From positions 1 to 64,000 of the forward strand of contig JBCCQQ010000004.1 in NCBI GenBank assembly GCA_039024555.1: a stretch of DNA of 64,000 nt, given 5' to 3'. Both the position numbers and the translations under genes were made by a program. The DNA comes from Cyanobacteria bacterium P01_D01_bin.156 (GTDB lineage Bacteria; Cyanobacteriota; Cyanobacteriia; Phormidesmidales; Phormidesmidaceae). The notes beneath the pieces are model-generated. The model had not been told where the DNA came from, did no database searches, and saw nothing but the letters and a program-made list of their open reading frames with translations. Positions 21,093-31,294 of the stretch are shown piece by piece (the stretch's first letter is position 1; every line of letters starts with the position of its first letter).

Positions 21093-22124
21093 TCACACTG
21101 TCTTTCGATGCCATCGCTGACGCCCTTGCAGCTCTCGTTTGACAGCAATGCTCCACTTATCCACTAAGGTCATCATAGCAGGCATATCCCGAGAGACTTT
21201 ATCCTCCCATCCTAGCTCCGCCACCACCGATCTAAACGTGCGTCGCTTTGTCATACGGTAGGCAATTTCTTCTACTTCATGCCAGGTGAGATTACTCTCA
21301 ATATTGGCTTTAGTCATCACCGTCAACAGGTTGGCATGGCGATTGCCCTCTGCCTCAGTCATCATGGTGTGAGGGATATCGAGTACTCGTGAAAAACTGT
21401 TATACCAGCAATAGGGTTGATGACCTAGAGCTGCTTCAAAGAAACGCTGATGGTCATAGTTGTTAACAGCTCGGTCACTCTCACTGGAAATCATAAAAAC
21501 GGGGGCAATGGGAGATTTTTTCACTCGCTTAACGGCATAATCGGCAATCCGCAATACCGCCCGTAGGGCAGACACTTCAAACCCTGGATAGCTTGGCCCC
21601 ATCAGCTTTTCCCACTCAAAATAGGTATCAATATGTTTGACAAACAAATCGATTACCTTGCTGCTGGAGCTAAAGTAGGGTGCAAACAAAATTGTTCGAT
21701 AAATATCATCTGCCTTTTCTAAGGCCAGCCATGTGGCCAGGGTGCCACCGCCTGATAATCCCCCAACAATCACTTGAGAACCCGTCCGTTTAGCAACGTT
21801 GAGCCACTGCAGCCCAAACTTAAGGTACAACCGTGGATCGTCTGTTAGGGGGGGTGGGTTACTCGGCCCCCAGTTGCCCGCTAGACCATGGCCTGGTAGC
21901 AACGGCACAATAACGTTGTAGCCCCGTTTGTGCAGAGCTTGAGCCATGGGGACAAACTGATATGGGCCAGCCGTAAAGCCGTGAAAAAACAGACATACTT
22001 TGTCTGTTGGCTGATTATGAAACAAAAAATAGGAGCGACATAGATTGTCAATCAATGAAAGCTGTGATTCACGGGCCGATATTTTACTTTCGAGCACCTC
22101 TGTTAAGGTCAAGTAGTCTGCCAT
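21093..22124 (-). CDS. Alpha/beta hydrolase (carboxylesterase/lysophospholipase-like)
   Basis: FFHGFT, LPGHG, GLSGGG (GxSxG), Asp in ESDRAV, His in IPHTM. Confidence 0.85.
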   Translation of the reverse strand: MADYLTLTEVLESKISARESQLSLIDNLCRSYFLFHNQPTDKVCLFFHGFTAGPYQFVPMAQALHKRGYNVIVPLLPGHGLAGNWGPSNPPPLTDDPRLYLKFGLQWLNVAKRTGSQVIVGGLSGGGTLATWLALEKADDIYRTILFAPYFSSSSKVIDLFVKHIDTYFEWEKLMGPSYPGFEVSALRAVLRIADYAVKRVKKSPIAPVFMISSESDRAVNNYDHQRFFEAALGHQPYCWYNSFSRVLDIPHTMMTEAEGNRHANLLTVMTKANIESNLTWHEVEEIAYRMTKRRTFRSVVAELGWEDKVSRDMPAMMTLVDKWSIAVKRELQGRQRWHRKTV

Positions 22125-22208
22125 AGCGCCATGATGTCTGAGCACAGTTGCATACTATCTACTGAGCCTAAACTAAGAGCAAAGATTGCGGACCGGCTTA
22201 AGATCCGG

Positions 22209-22574
22209 TCATGGACCCTCTTGGGGTGTTGAGGAATCTAGGCTGTTGGGATCGCCGTTACTGGTCAGCAACAGCACTCGCCCCCGACCATCGACATTAC
22301 ACGATCCACGCTCATCGGCCTCTGCCATAGACCATAGAATCAAGAAGGTGCCATCTTCCATAGCTTTGGCAGGTTCTAGCTCGGGAGTACGCTCTGGGGT
22401 AAGCAGTTCGACATAGCATTCCCGTGCGATCGCTTCCACAGTATTAGGGATATCAGGCTGCCTAGGGCCACAGCCAGCCACCATCGCCAGCATTCCAATC
22501 ACAACAGCCCGTGCGTCCACATTAGATATCCTCAACAGAATCATTCTTTGAACCGGTAACACCCTTACAATCAA
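22209..22574 (-). CDS. Hypothetical lipoprotein
   Basis: Hydrophobic stretch ending in a VAGC lipobox; start uncertain. Confidence 0.55.
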   Translation of the reverse strand: MIVRVLPVQRMILLRISNVDARAVVIGMLAMVAGCGPRQPDIPNTVEAIARECYVELLTPERTPELEPAKAMEDGTFLILWSMAEADERGSCNVDGRGRVLLLTSNGDPNSLDSSTPQEGP

Positions 22575-22711
22575 TAGGAGTCGATAGCAGCTTACAAAAT
22601 GCTGTTACTGATTTAAAGGATGTAACAGTCCATAAGCCAACGGCTTATCAAACGGATAGCCTCATTCCCAGCATTAGCAATACAGATTAATTTTCCCTAA
22701 CCCTTATCCCC

Positions 22712-23215
22712 ATGCAATTATTTCGTTTAATTTTGCCTATGCTGGCGGCCCTAAGTCTATTTTTCACAAGCTTTCCCGCCATCGCTGCTCCCGCCGTTCT
22801 ACCTGGCCTACAAGGAGTATTCACCGGTAACCCACCGACTGATATCGGCGTTCAGGACGCTCAGCTACAGACCTGTCCTGAATCTCCCAACTGTGTCAGC
22901 AGCACTGCCGGTGATGAGGACCACTTTATTGCCCCCATCGCCTACACCGCAGACCGTGATGCCGTGCGGGATAAATTGATTGCCATTATCAAAAATCAGC
23001 CCCGTACCGAAATTATTGATGAGACTGATGACTACATTCGAGCCGAATTTACCAGCCGGTTAATGGGGTTTGTCGATGATGCTGAATTTTACTTTCTACC
23101 CGATACCCAGGAAATTGCTCTGCGGTCTGCCGCTCGCCTAGGGGAGTCAGACTTGGGAGTTAATCGCCGTCGATTGGAGCAGTTTCGCTTAGCCCTACAA
23201 AGCCTAGGAGCTTAG
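22712..23215 (+). CDS. DUF1499 family protein
   Basis: CP.SPNCVSS, FTS..MGFVDD.EF, RSAARLG.SDLGVNR.R. Confidence 0.9.
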   Translation: MQLFRLILPMLAALSLFFTSFPAIAAPAVLPGLQGVFTGNPPTDIGVQDAQLQTCPESPNCVSSTAGDEDHFIAPIAYTADRDAVRDKLIAIIKNQPRTEIIDETDDYIRAEFTSRLMGFVDDAEFYFLPDTQEIALRSAARLGESDLGVNRRRLEQFRLALQSLGA

Positions 23216-23223
23216 GAAAAACC

Positions 23224-24075
23224 ATGGCTGCCCAGGACGCCTATCACATTCGCCCCATCACTCGCAGCGAATTGGATACTGCCGTTGCCTGGGCAGCTGC
23301 TGAAGGCTGGAATCCTGGCCTTCACGATGCTGATTGTTTTTATCAAACCGATCCGGCTGGCTTTTTAATGGGTTTTCTAGCGGGAAAACCCATTGCCTCC
23401 ATTTCTGCTGTCAAATACGGCAAGACCTTTGGATTTATCGGCTTTTACATTGTTAAACCTGAGTATCGGGGCCAGGGATATGGATTTACCCTTTGGCAAG
23501 CGGCCCTGACTGAACTTCAGGGGCGAAATATAGGTTTAGACGGCGTAGTTGACCAGCAAAATAACTATCGTAAATCAGGCTTTCAGCTAGCCCATCGCAA
23601 TGTGCGCTATGCAGGAATAAGCAACAGTATTGACCACAAAACTAGCTGTGTGCCGTTAGCGGAAATTCTTTCTGCATCAATCATTGAGTACGATCGTCGC
23701 TTTTTTCCTGAAGAGCGCACCCGATTTACTCAAGCTTGGATTGACCAAGCTGAACACCATGCAGTCGGCATGATCGATCAGGAAAAATTAGTCGGCTACG
23801 GTGTGCTGCGTCCCTGTCAGCAGGGTTACAAAATTGGGCCTTTATTTGCCGATGGGGATGCGATCGCAGCCGAAATTTTTCACACACTGGCAGCCCAGGT
23901 GCCCGCAGGAGAAACCTTCTACCTGGATGTGCCCGAACCCAACACCGCTGCTGTCGCGTTAGCCCAGCGAAATGGCATGTCTTACGTTTTTGAAACCGCC
24001 CGCATGTATACCAAGACTGTGCCGGATTTACCTCTCAACAAAATCTTTGGTATCACCACATTTGAACTGGGTTAA
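23224..24075 (+). CDS. Tandem GNAT acetyltransferase (YitH-like)
   Basis: WAA.EGWNPG, FYIV.PEYRGQG.G, GYKIGPLFAD, FETARMY. Confidence 0.88.
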   Translation: MAAQDAYHIRPITRSELDTAVAWAAAEGWNPGLHDADCFYQTDPAGFLMGFLAGKPIASISAVKYGKTFGFIGFYIVKPEYRGQGYGFTLWQAALTELQGRNIGLDGVVDQQNNYRKSGFQLAHRNVRYAGISNSIDHKTSCVPLAEILSASIIEYDRRFFPEERTRFTQAWIDQAEHHAVGMIDQEKLVGYGVLRPCQQGYKIGPLFADGDAIAAEIFHTLAAQVPAGETFYLDVPEPNTAAVALAQRNGMSYVFETARMYTKTVPDLPLNKIFGITTFELG

Positions 24076-24151
24076 CAAATCCATCGGAAACCCGGTCACG
24101 CTACAATATTAAAAATATTAAGTGTTCGTTACATTGGGACGGGAGTTGGTT

Positions 24152-25798
24152 ATGGGTCGTAAGCAGGCCATCGTTATCGGGGCTGGCATTGGTGGATTAG
24201 CCATGGGTATCCGCCTGCAGAGCTTAGGGTTTGACACCACTATTGTGGAAATGCTGGATGCCCCCGGCGGTCGCGCCTATGTGCGAAAGGCTGATGGCTT
24301 TACCTTTGATATGGGTCCCACGGTCATCACAGTGCCCCACTTTATTGAAGAGCTGTTCTCCCTAGAGCGCGATCAGGCCAACCTAACCTCTGCCGACTTC
24401 CCAGACGAAATTGTTGACGAAAGCAAGCGCATTAAATCCGGTATTTCCAGTGGCCCCAACACTAGTCGCTACGTCAAAATTGTGCCGGTTCTGCCCTTTT
24501 ATCGCATTTACTTTGATGATGGCACTTTCTTCGATTACGACAGCGATCCCGAAAACACCCGCCGTCAGATTTTAGAGCTGGGTGAACCTGGCGACTATGA
24601 GGGCTATCAGCGTTTCCACACCGCCGCCAAGGCGGTTTTTGAGCGTGGCTTCTTGCAGTTAGGCTATACCCACTTTGGCAACGTTGGCGACATGCTCAGA
24701 GTAGTGCCTGCCCTGCTCAAGCTCGACGCCGTACGCACCCTTTTTAGCTTTACTAGCAAGTACTTTAAAAGCGACAAGCTGCGCCAGGTCTTTAGCTTTG
24801 AGCCTCTATTGGTAGGTGGTAATCCCCTATCGGTTCCTGGCATCTACGCCATGATTCACTTTGTGGAAAGCACCTGGGGTATCCACTTTGCCATGGGCGG
24901 TACCGGTGCCTTGGTAAGCGGCTTTGTCAAAAAGTTTGAGGATCTGGGTGGCAAAATTCTGTACAACTCCAAGGTTGATAAAATTAACGTTGCCAAAGAA
25001 AACGGCAAAAAAGTTGTTAAGGGCGTTACCTTAGCCAACGGTTCAGACATCCCCGCTGAAGCAGTAGTTTCTAACGCCGACTGGGCAACCACCTACGGCA
25101 AAATGATTGACTCCAAGTATCGCTTCTGGAACAGCGATCTGCGGGTAAAAGTGACCCAGCAGTCCATGTCCGTGTTTGTCATGTACCTGGGCTTTAAGGC
25201 CGATGGCAACGAAAATGCCAAGCTGCGCCACCACAGCATTATCCTCGGCCCCCGATATGAGGAACTGCTGAAGGATATCTTTGGTCGCAAAATCATGCCC
25301 AAAGACTACTCCCAATATGTGCATCTACCCACGCTCACTGATCCGTCTCTAGCCCCTGAAGGACACCACGCCGCCTATATTCTGGTGCCTGTGCCCCACA
25401 ATGGCTCTGGCATTAACTGGGATGAAATGGGCGATAAACTCCAGGACAAAGTGCTCACCTTTATGGATGAGCGCGGCTATTTGCCCAACATTAAGGAGCG
25501 CCTAGTCCATTGCAGCTACATTACCCCGGACTATTTTGAGAATACGCTAGATGCTCGTCTGGGCAATGCCTTTGGCCCCGAACCTCTGCTGGTACAGTCG
25601 GCATTTTTCCGCCCCCACAACCGCAGCGAAGACATCAATAATTTGTACATCGTTGGCGCTGGCACCCAGCCTGGAGCAGGTACTCCTAGCGTTATGATGT
25701 CTGCGAAGATGACGGCACGATTGGTGGCAGAAGACTTTGATATTGATTCAAATGTGCTGGATGGAGTACCTACCAACAAAGAAGCTTCTCTAGTCTAA
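24152..25798 (+). CDS. crtI: CrtI-family carotenoid desaturase
   Basis: [55 protein letters not shown]. Exact substrate (phytoene vs other carotenoid) cannot be determined from sequence. Confidence 0.85.
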   Translation: MGRKQAIVIGAGIGGLAMGIRLQSLGFDTTIVEMLDAPGGRAYVRKADGFTFDMGPTVITVPHFIEELFSLERDQANLTSADFPDEIVDESKRIKSGISSGPNTSRYVKIVPVLPFYRIYFDDGTFFDYDSDPENTRRQILELGEPGDYEGYQRFHTAAKAVFERGFLQLGYTHFGNVGDMLRVVPALLKLDAVRTLFSFTSKYFKSDKLRQVFSFEPLLVGGNPLSVPGIYAMIHFVESTWGIHFAMGGTGALVSGFVKKFEDLGGKILYNSKVDKINVAKENGKKVVKGVTLANGSDIPAEAVVSNADWATTYGKMIDSKYRFWNSDLRVKVTQQSMSVFVMYLGFKADGNENAKLRHHSIILGPRYEELLKDIFGRKIMPKDYSQYVHLPTLTDPSLAPEGHHAAYILVPVPHNGSGINWDEMGDKLQDKVLTFMDERGYLPNIKERLVHCSYITPDYFENTLDARLGNAFGPEPLLVQSAFFRPHNRSEDINNLYIVGAGTQPGAGTPSVMMSAKMTARLVAEDFDIDSNVLDGVPTNKEASLV

Positions 25799-25811
25799 AG
25801 AGAACACAGAG

Positions 25812-25849
25812 CATGTCACATTCTGAGATGTATTTCAGAATGTGACATG
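25812..25849. terminator. 15-bp hairpin immediately downstream of crtI
   Basis: catgtcacattctga...tcagaatgtgacatg. Confidence 0.6.
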
Positions 25850-25966
25850 TCTCAGAAAAAGCAGGCTTTTCATTAGGTGGAAGCAGGGCCATTGCAGTAG
25901 CTATCTTGCTTTCGCTGAAGTGATGACTAACTCTTCTGATTTATCCTAAATCGCCCATACTAAATC

Positions 25967-26010
25967 GAGGCTTCGAACGCAGCGAATCAAGTCGCCATGT
26001 TCGAAGCCTC
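25967..26010. terminator. Hairpin downstream of the double-glycine peptide gene
   Basis: gaggcttcgaac...gttcgaagcctc (12-bp stem) with inner gcga/tcgc. Confidence 0.55.
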
Positions 26011-26137
26011 AGTTAATTAATAAAGCATGAATATTCTTGGTAAAACCCTTGAGAAACCGCTAGGGCGTAGTCCGTTGGCTAAGTCAAGCCTAGTTCATTG
26101 CCACCATCGGAGCGCTTTTAAGGATTATATTCACCCA

Positions 26138-26296
26138 CTAAGCAAACAGGTCCTTAAAGAACTTGTATAGCTTACCTCCTGTAGATAGACCAAAACCACC
26201 TTTTGCGACTTCTGCTTGCTGATCAGAAATCGGTTCCCAGAGAATTTCTTGGCCTGTTGTTCTTAATGCTTTAGATGTTCGAACGCACTTAGTCAT
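26138..26296 (-). CDS. Double-glycine-leader precursor peptide (bacteriocin/pheromone-like), 52 aa
   Basis: Manual translation MTKCVRTSKALRTTGQEILWEPISDQQAEVAKGG-FGLSTGGKLYKFFKDLFA*; GGAG RBS upstream; below the ORF-track length cut-off. Confidence 0.7.
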   Translation of the reverse strand: MTKCVRTSKALRTTGQEILWEPISDQQAEVAKGGFGLSTGGKLYKFFKDLFA

Positions 26297-26807
26297 AGAC
26301 ATACATCTCCGTAACTAGCAAACATGGATACAGGGTTCATTACGTTTGCAAATTTCCCTATGGCACCATGGTGCCATCGATGAACTTTTGAAATGAGAGT
26401 GCCACTACTGAATCTACATTCATTTTTTTGTGAGCTTAAGATAAATGCCTGATTGCATTTATAAAATCTTGATATCCTCTTGCTAGTTAGCCTCAATAAT
26501 CTCCATACTTACTAGGACCTCTATCACAGGACAAATGAAAGAGACTATCCTTAAAAGAAAGATGTAAGTAATTTCATCATCAACGAGCAACAACGTAAAG
26601 AAAAGCTAAGAGTATTTACCTATTTTACGAAATCTAAGACATTCTCCTATCGAATCGTCATAATTAAGACAGAATTGATGGGTATCCCCCTGCTATCAAC
26701 CAGCCTTAGGTATTTGGTTTGAGGAGTTTAGTTTCAGTGGTTTGAGGAGACCGAAACTATTGTTGTTATCTTGCTTATTCTAGAGTCTGCTCTAGAAAGG
26801 AGTTCCT

Positions 26808-26990
26808 ATGACACTTTTTCCAGCCATTATTGTTTTTGCTGTTGTTTTTCTCTCTTTTTCTAAGAAAGTTTTGTTTTCATCAGAAGATGTAGAAAAGTCC
26901 AAAACGTCTGAAAACAAAAACCCTGAAGTATCGATTAACACGAGCGATCTGTTGAAGAAGTATGAGCTTCTACGTACTCTTAAGCAATAA
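26808..26990 (+). CDS. Small single-TM hypothetical protein (60 aa)
   Basis: AAAGGAG RBS just upstream; N-terminal hydrophobic helix followed by a charged tail. Confidence 0.55.
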   Translation: MTLFPAIIVFAVVFLSFSKKVLFSSEDVEKSKTSENKNPEVSINTSDLLKKYELLRTLKQ

Positions 26991-27036
26991 TCCTCAGAAT
27001 GGGAGATAACGACAGAGTTAGTTGTTGTCCCATTAC

Positions 27037-28068
27037 TTAAACATTCCAATTTTGGGGCCAGCTATAGCCCCCAATTTCTAGTCCTGCTTGTTTGCTGTAG
27101 GCACTCATAACCAGTGACGGTTCTGATTTTTTCCATAAGTTCACCAACAATTGTCCTCGAGTAGTATCACGACAAATAGGTTCTAATCCATTCGCTGTGG
27201 GCACCTGTATCAGTACACCGTCGAGCTCTGTTTTTCCCACGATCTCAACTCGATAATGCTCGTTTTCTGCCCACACTCTCCAGTCCCCCCAGGGAGAAAC
27301 CTGCCAAGACATTTGACTATTCCAAGGGACAAACTCATAAAATTTTCCTTGATAATGGATGCCCACCATGCCCACTGATTCGTGATAGCCCAGTACCTGG
27401 CGAATACCGCCCCCCGAGGTCAGCGTCAGGTCGGGTTCATTGTCAAACGCATTGCACTGAATCCAAAACCATTTTTTGGGAAAGGCCCCACCCCAATTTT
27501 TTTCGGCATAGGCAGGCACTTTAGTAAATTCAAAACGATGAATGGGGTTGCGCTCTAGCGTAGTCCACTCAAACCAGCCGGTGGCCCAACCGTGGGCCAT
27601 AAGTATTTGCCAGCCCGGTTCAAAAATCTGTAGCTGAGACAGCCAACCTGCCGTAGATTGCGGCGTTGGTGTGCCCCAGGTATAAAGAGGTTCTATGGTG
27701 TAATGCCAGCGTAGAATACGGCGATTAGACGGGTCTAAAAATTGGCCAGTGTGAAGATTGGCGGTGGCTTGATAGCTTTCTTGAATGGCTCCCCGACCAG
27801 ACTGACCATGGCCCAGCTTATGTTTCCATGCCCAAAATGTGGAGATATCTGGCAAAGAACGGTAGAAATACTGTTCATCTGGACCCAGAATCTGTACCGC
27901 GCCCCCAGTTGCTGGGGTTGTAGTTCCTGGGTTTTGGAGGGAGTACATAAAGGCAATGGTCTGGTTGCCTTGGTCTGGGGGCAGGGTCAGACGATAGTAC
28001 CAGCCTTCAAAAAAGGGATGTTGAACCCCGTTCCAGTGGTAGCCGCTGTGAGGTGTTTGCCGGATCAC
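27037..28068 (-). CDS. vte1: Tocopherol cyclase
   Basis: QTPHSGYHW...FFEGWYYR, FEPGWQILMA.G, YAEKNWGGAFP.KWFW.QCN. Confidence 0.95.
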   Translation of the reverse strand: MIRQTPHSGYHWNGVQHPFFEGWYYRLTLPPDQGNQTIAFMYSLQNPGTTTPATGGAVQILGPDEQYFYRSLPDISTFWAWKHKLGHGQSGRGAIQESYQATANLHTGQFLDPSNRRILRWHYTIEPLYTWGTPTPQSTAGWLSQLQIFEPGWQILMAHGWATGWFEWTTLERNPIHRFEFTKVPAYAEKNWGGAFPKKWFWIQCNAFDNEPDLTLTSGGGIRQVLGYHESVGMVGIHYQGKFYEFVPWNSQMSWQVSPWGDWRVWAENEHYRVEIVGKTELDGVLIQVPTANGLEPICRDTTRGQLLVNLWKKSEPSLVMSAYSKQAGLEIGGYSWPQNWNV

Positions 28069-29126
28069 TGCGATCGCACCGCTCCCATTTCTGCCGCCTC
28101 AATAGCTTGGTAAAGCGCCAAAAAATTACCCTCACCAAACCCTTGTACTGCCTGCCGACGCTCAATAAATTCAAGAAAAAAGTGATTTTTCGCAAAGATT
28201 GGCTGGGAAAAAATCTGCAACAGCAACGACTCAGGCTTTTTGGGCTGCCAGTCGATCAAAATTTGCTGCTTGATAATTTGTTGCCATTCCGCAGCATATA
28301 TAGAGGCCTTAGGTGAGGTCTTTAATCGCTGTCGTATCGTATCGTAGTAGGTATCAGGCACCGACAGTAATGGCATCCCTGCCTGTCGTAACGCGGCTAC
28401 TGTCGGCACAATGGGCTGACTATGAAGCGCAATATGCTGAATACCCGCACCGCGATTAGTATCTAAAAAGGTTTGAATTTGTGAATTGGCCGATGTTGGT
28501 TCATTGATATTGAAATAAATCTGATTAGCAGGAGAAAACAAAACCTGACTGCTTAGCCCAGATCGTTCTGTTTGAATCTTAAAACTCTGTTGTTTTTGTA
28601 GACCGAATAATTCTTGATAAAACGTTGTTGCAGCCTGCAGCTGACCGGTGGGCACATTTAAAACAACATGATCAATATCTTGTGGCCCAGCATGGTTTCC
28701 CCCATCCTCAAGCGGATTAGGAACAGCTTCCACCAAAGTATGTTGCACCCCCGGCCACCCCTCGATCCGAGTCCATGCAGGCGGTTGGGGCTGATGGCGT
28801 AAATCGGCAAGATGGGTCAGAATCGTGGTCACCGCCTCAGAAGGGTACAGTTTAGCCTTGACTCGACCAAACATAGCGGCAAGATTCTTGACCGTAATGG
28901 CAATATCTGCCACTCCCGGTGGATGATGCCTAAGATAGTCTGCCACAGGGCTATCCACTGTACGAGGAGAAGAGAGCACAAAGGGCGTACTGCGATAATA
29001 AAGAATTTCTACAATTCGATCCGATAAGATCAGTGTCTTGACCGGTTTCCAGCCCAAGTACTTTGCCAACCAACGACGTTGGAAAATCGCATCTTCAACA
29101 AAAAGGTGGACATGATCAATTTTCAT
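28065..29126 (-). CDS. hppD: 4-hydroxyphenylpyruvate dioxygenase
   Basis: IDHVVLNV, SQIQ.FL..N.GAGIQHIAL, LLQIFS.P, FFLEFIER, GFGEGNF.AL. Confidence 0.95.
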   Translation of the reverse strand: MKIDHVHLFVEDAIFQRRWLAKYLGWKPVKTLILSDRIVEILYYRSTPFVLSSPRTVDSPVADYLRHHPPGVADIAITVKNLAAMFGRVKAKLYPSEAVTTILTHLADLRHQPQPPAWTRIEGWPGVQHTLVEAVPNPLEDGGNHAGPQDIDHVVLNVPTGQLQAATTFYQELFGLQKQQSFKIQTERSGLSSQVLFSPANQIYFNINEPTSANSQIQTFLDTNRGAGIQHIALHSQPIVPTVAALRQAGMPLLSVPDTYYDTIRQRLKTSPKASIYAAEWQQIIKQQILIDWQPKKPESLLLQIFSQPIFAKNHFFLEFIERRQAVQGFGEGNFLALYQAIEAAEMGAVRSQ

Positions 29127-29299
29127 AGATGCGAACGTTCGGGAAAATCAAACATCTTTAATGGATAGGGTAATTGGATTTTTTCAAAATTGGCCGTTCC
29201 TTAATAACAGGCTCGGAGGTCTTAATAAATTTAGAAATCCAACCCGAAGTAACGGCAAGTGGACGTACCCTTAAGGCTATTCCACATCTCTTGTCTGCC

Positions 29300-30184
29300 A
29301 TGCCCCCCTCTCCAGTTGTTGCGGCCGCTAGTTCCTACCCGCTAACGGAACGTATCCAGCAGTTTTATGATGAATCATCGAGTCTGTGGGAGCAGGTTTG
29401 GGGTGAGCACATGCACCATGGTTACTACGGTATTGATGGTCATGCCGCTGTGGAAAGTCCCCAAGCCGCCCAGCGAGAACTCATCGAAGAAATTTTACGC
29501 TGGAGTCATGTAGACACCCCCCAGTCAATCTTGGATGTGGGCTGTGGCATTGGGGGCAGCACTCTATATTTGGCCAGTAAATATCGGGCTACAGCCACGG
29601 GCATTACCTTAAGTCCGGTCCAGGCAGCCCGAGGTGAAGCTCGGGCTAAAACCGTAGGGTTAGGTGACCATGTAGATTTTCAGGTGGCCGATGCCCTAGC
29701 AATGCCCTTTGCAGATAATAGTTTTGAGCTGGTATGGTCTCTAGAGAGTGGAGAACACATGCCTGATAAAGAACAGTTTTTGCAAGAATGTTGTCGAGTT
29801 TTAAAACCCGGCGGCAAACTGATTATTGTCACTTGGTGCCATCGGTCTCCTCAGCCACCGATAACCGTGGCAGAACAATGGCATTTAGAACAAATTTACA
29901 AACTATACCATCTGCCCTATGTCATTTCCTTAGGAGACTATGCAGAGATGGCAGAGGCTCTACCATTAACCGATTTGAAGACTGCTGACTGGTCTCAGGC
30001 CGTCGCTCCATTTTGGCCCGATGTGGCAAAATCTGCCCTCAATCCCCAAGTGCTTTGGGGCATTGCCACATCCGGATGGCAAACCGTTGAAGGGGCCATG
30101 GCTATTCCACTAATGATGACGGGCTACGCCATGGGGCTAATTCGCTATGGCTTATTGACGGGCACTAAGGCGATAGAGAACTAA
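29300..30184 (+). CDS. vte4: Gamma-tocopherol methyltransferase
   Basis: FYDESS.LWE..WGEHMHHGYY, LDVGCGIGGS, WSLESGEHMPDK; tocopherol-gene context. Confidence 0.9.
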   Translation: MPPSPVVAAASSYPLTERIQQFYDESSSLWEQVWGEHMHHGYYGIDGHAAVESPQAAQRELIEEILRWSHVDTPQSILDVGCGIGGSTLYLASKYRATATGITLSPVQAARGEARAKTVGLGDHVDFQVADALAMPFADNSFELVWSLESGEHMPDKEQFLQECCRVLKPGGKLIIVTWCHRSPQPPITVAEQWHLEQIYKLYHLPYVISLGDYAEMAEALPLTDLKTADWSQAVAPFWPDVAKSALNPQVLWGIATSGWQTVEGAMAIPLMMTGYAMGLIRYGLLTGTKAIEN

Positions 30185-30189
30185 CGATC

Positions 30190-31143
30190 ATGGTAACTAA
30201 GCTAAATAAACCGTCCAATCAGCCGTTTTCCCTAAGAACCTGGCTGCGATCGCTATGGGCCTTTTCTCGCCCCCATACCATCGTGGGCACGAGTCTGAGT
30301 GTCGGTGCATTGGGAGTAATGGCCCTGGCCCTATCAGGCTCAGCGGGAACAGCAAGCTGGCTAATTTTGGCCGCTTTGGTGCCCAGTTTATGTGCCAATG
30401 TGTACATCGTGGGGCTGAATCAGCTAACAGATATTGCCATTGATCGCATTAATAAACCGAGACTGCCCCTGGCATCCGGTGCATTTTCTGTGACTACGGG
30501 ACAGCGCATCGTAGTGGGTCTGGGCCTGCTGGCGCTGGTACTGTCGATGGTGCAAGGACCGATTTTATTTGCCACGGTGTGCTTGAGCATGCTTATTGGT
30601 ACCGTATATTCCCTGCCGCCTCTGCGCTTAAAGCGATTTCCTTTCTGGGCTGCCCTGTGCATTTTTGGCGTGCGGGGGCTGATTGTCAATCTGGGCTTTT
30701 TTAACCACTTTCGTTACTCGTTTAGTGGCGTATTCTGGCAGGCGATTCCTGCGGAGGTATGGGCACTAACGGGGTTCGTGGTGCTGTTTGCAGTTGCGAT
30801 CGCACTGTTCAAAGATATTCCCGACCTAGAAGGCGATCGTCAGTTCCAGGTGCGTACATTAACCGTGCGCTTGGGGTCTCGCTATGTCTTCAGACTATCC
30901 CTCTGGGTGCTGACAATCAGCTATGCCCTGCTGATTGCTCTAGCCCTAGGCGGTGTCCTACCATCAATCCACACCGGGTTTCTCAGCATTACTCACTTGG
31001 CCCTGTTGATGCTCCTAATCTGGCGTTCCCGCCGGGTCACCCTCACCCAAAAATCCCAAATTAAACAGTTCTACCAATTTATTTGGCAACTCTTTTTTCT
31101 GGAATACATCTTGTTTCCCATTGCCTGTATTTTAGGCCAGTAA
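30190..31143 (+). CDS. hpt: Homogentisate phytyltransferase (UbiA family)
   Basis: FSRPHT..GT, NVYIVGLNQL.D..ID.INKP.LPLASG, FKDIPD.EGD, FYQFIW.LF. Confidence 0.95.
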   Translation: MVTKLNKPSNQPFSLRTWLRSLWAFSRPHTIVGTSLSVGALGVMALALSGSAGTASWLILAALVPSLCANVYIVGLNQLTDIAIDRINKPRLPLASGAFSVTTGQRIVVGLGLLALVLSMVQGPILFATVCLSMLIGTVYSLPPLRLKRFPFWAALCIFGVRGLIVNLGFFNHFRYSFSGVFWQAIPAEVWALTGFVVLFAVAIALFKDIPDLEGDRQFQVRTLTVRLGSRYVFRLSLWVLTISYALLIALALGGVLPSIHTGFLSITHLALLMLLIWRSRRVTLTQKSQIKQFYQFIWQLFFLEYILFPIACILGQ

Positions 31144-31202
31144 AACAGGCTGTCACAATTTATCGATAGTCTTGTCTCTTCAGCAGACAACTAGGTAGCG
31201 CC

Positions 31203-31233
31203 GGGTTTTGAACCCATACTAGGTTCAAAACCC
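31203..31233. terminator. 12-bp hairpin between hpt and the FAD oxidoreductase
   Basis: gggttttgaacc...ggttcaaaaccc. Confidence 0.55.
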
Positions 31234-31294
31234 CCATCCAGCTGCATCAAACAAGCTTCTGATCTACAGTACAAGAGTAGTCTGATGCACATCC

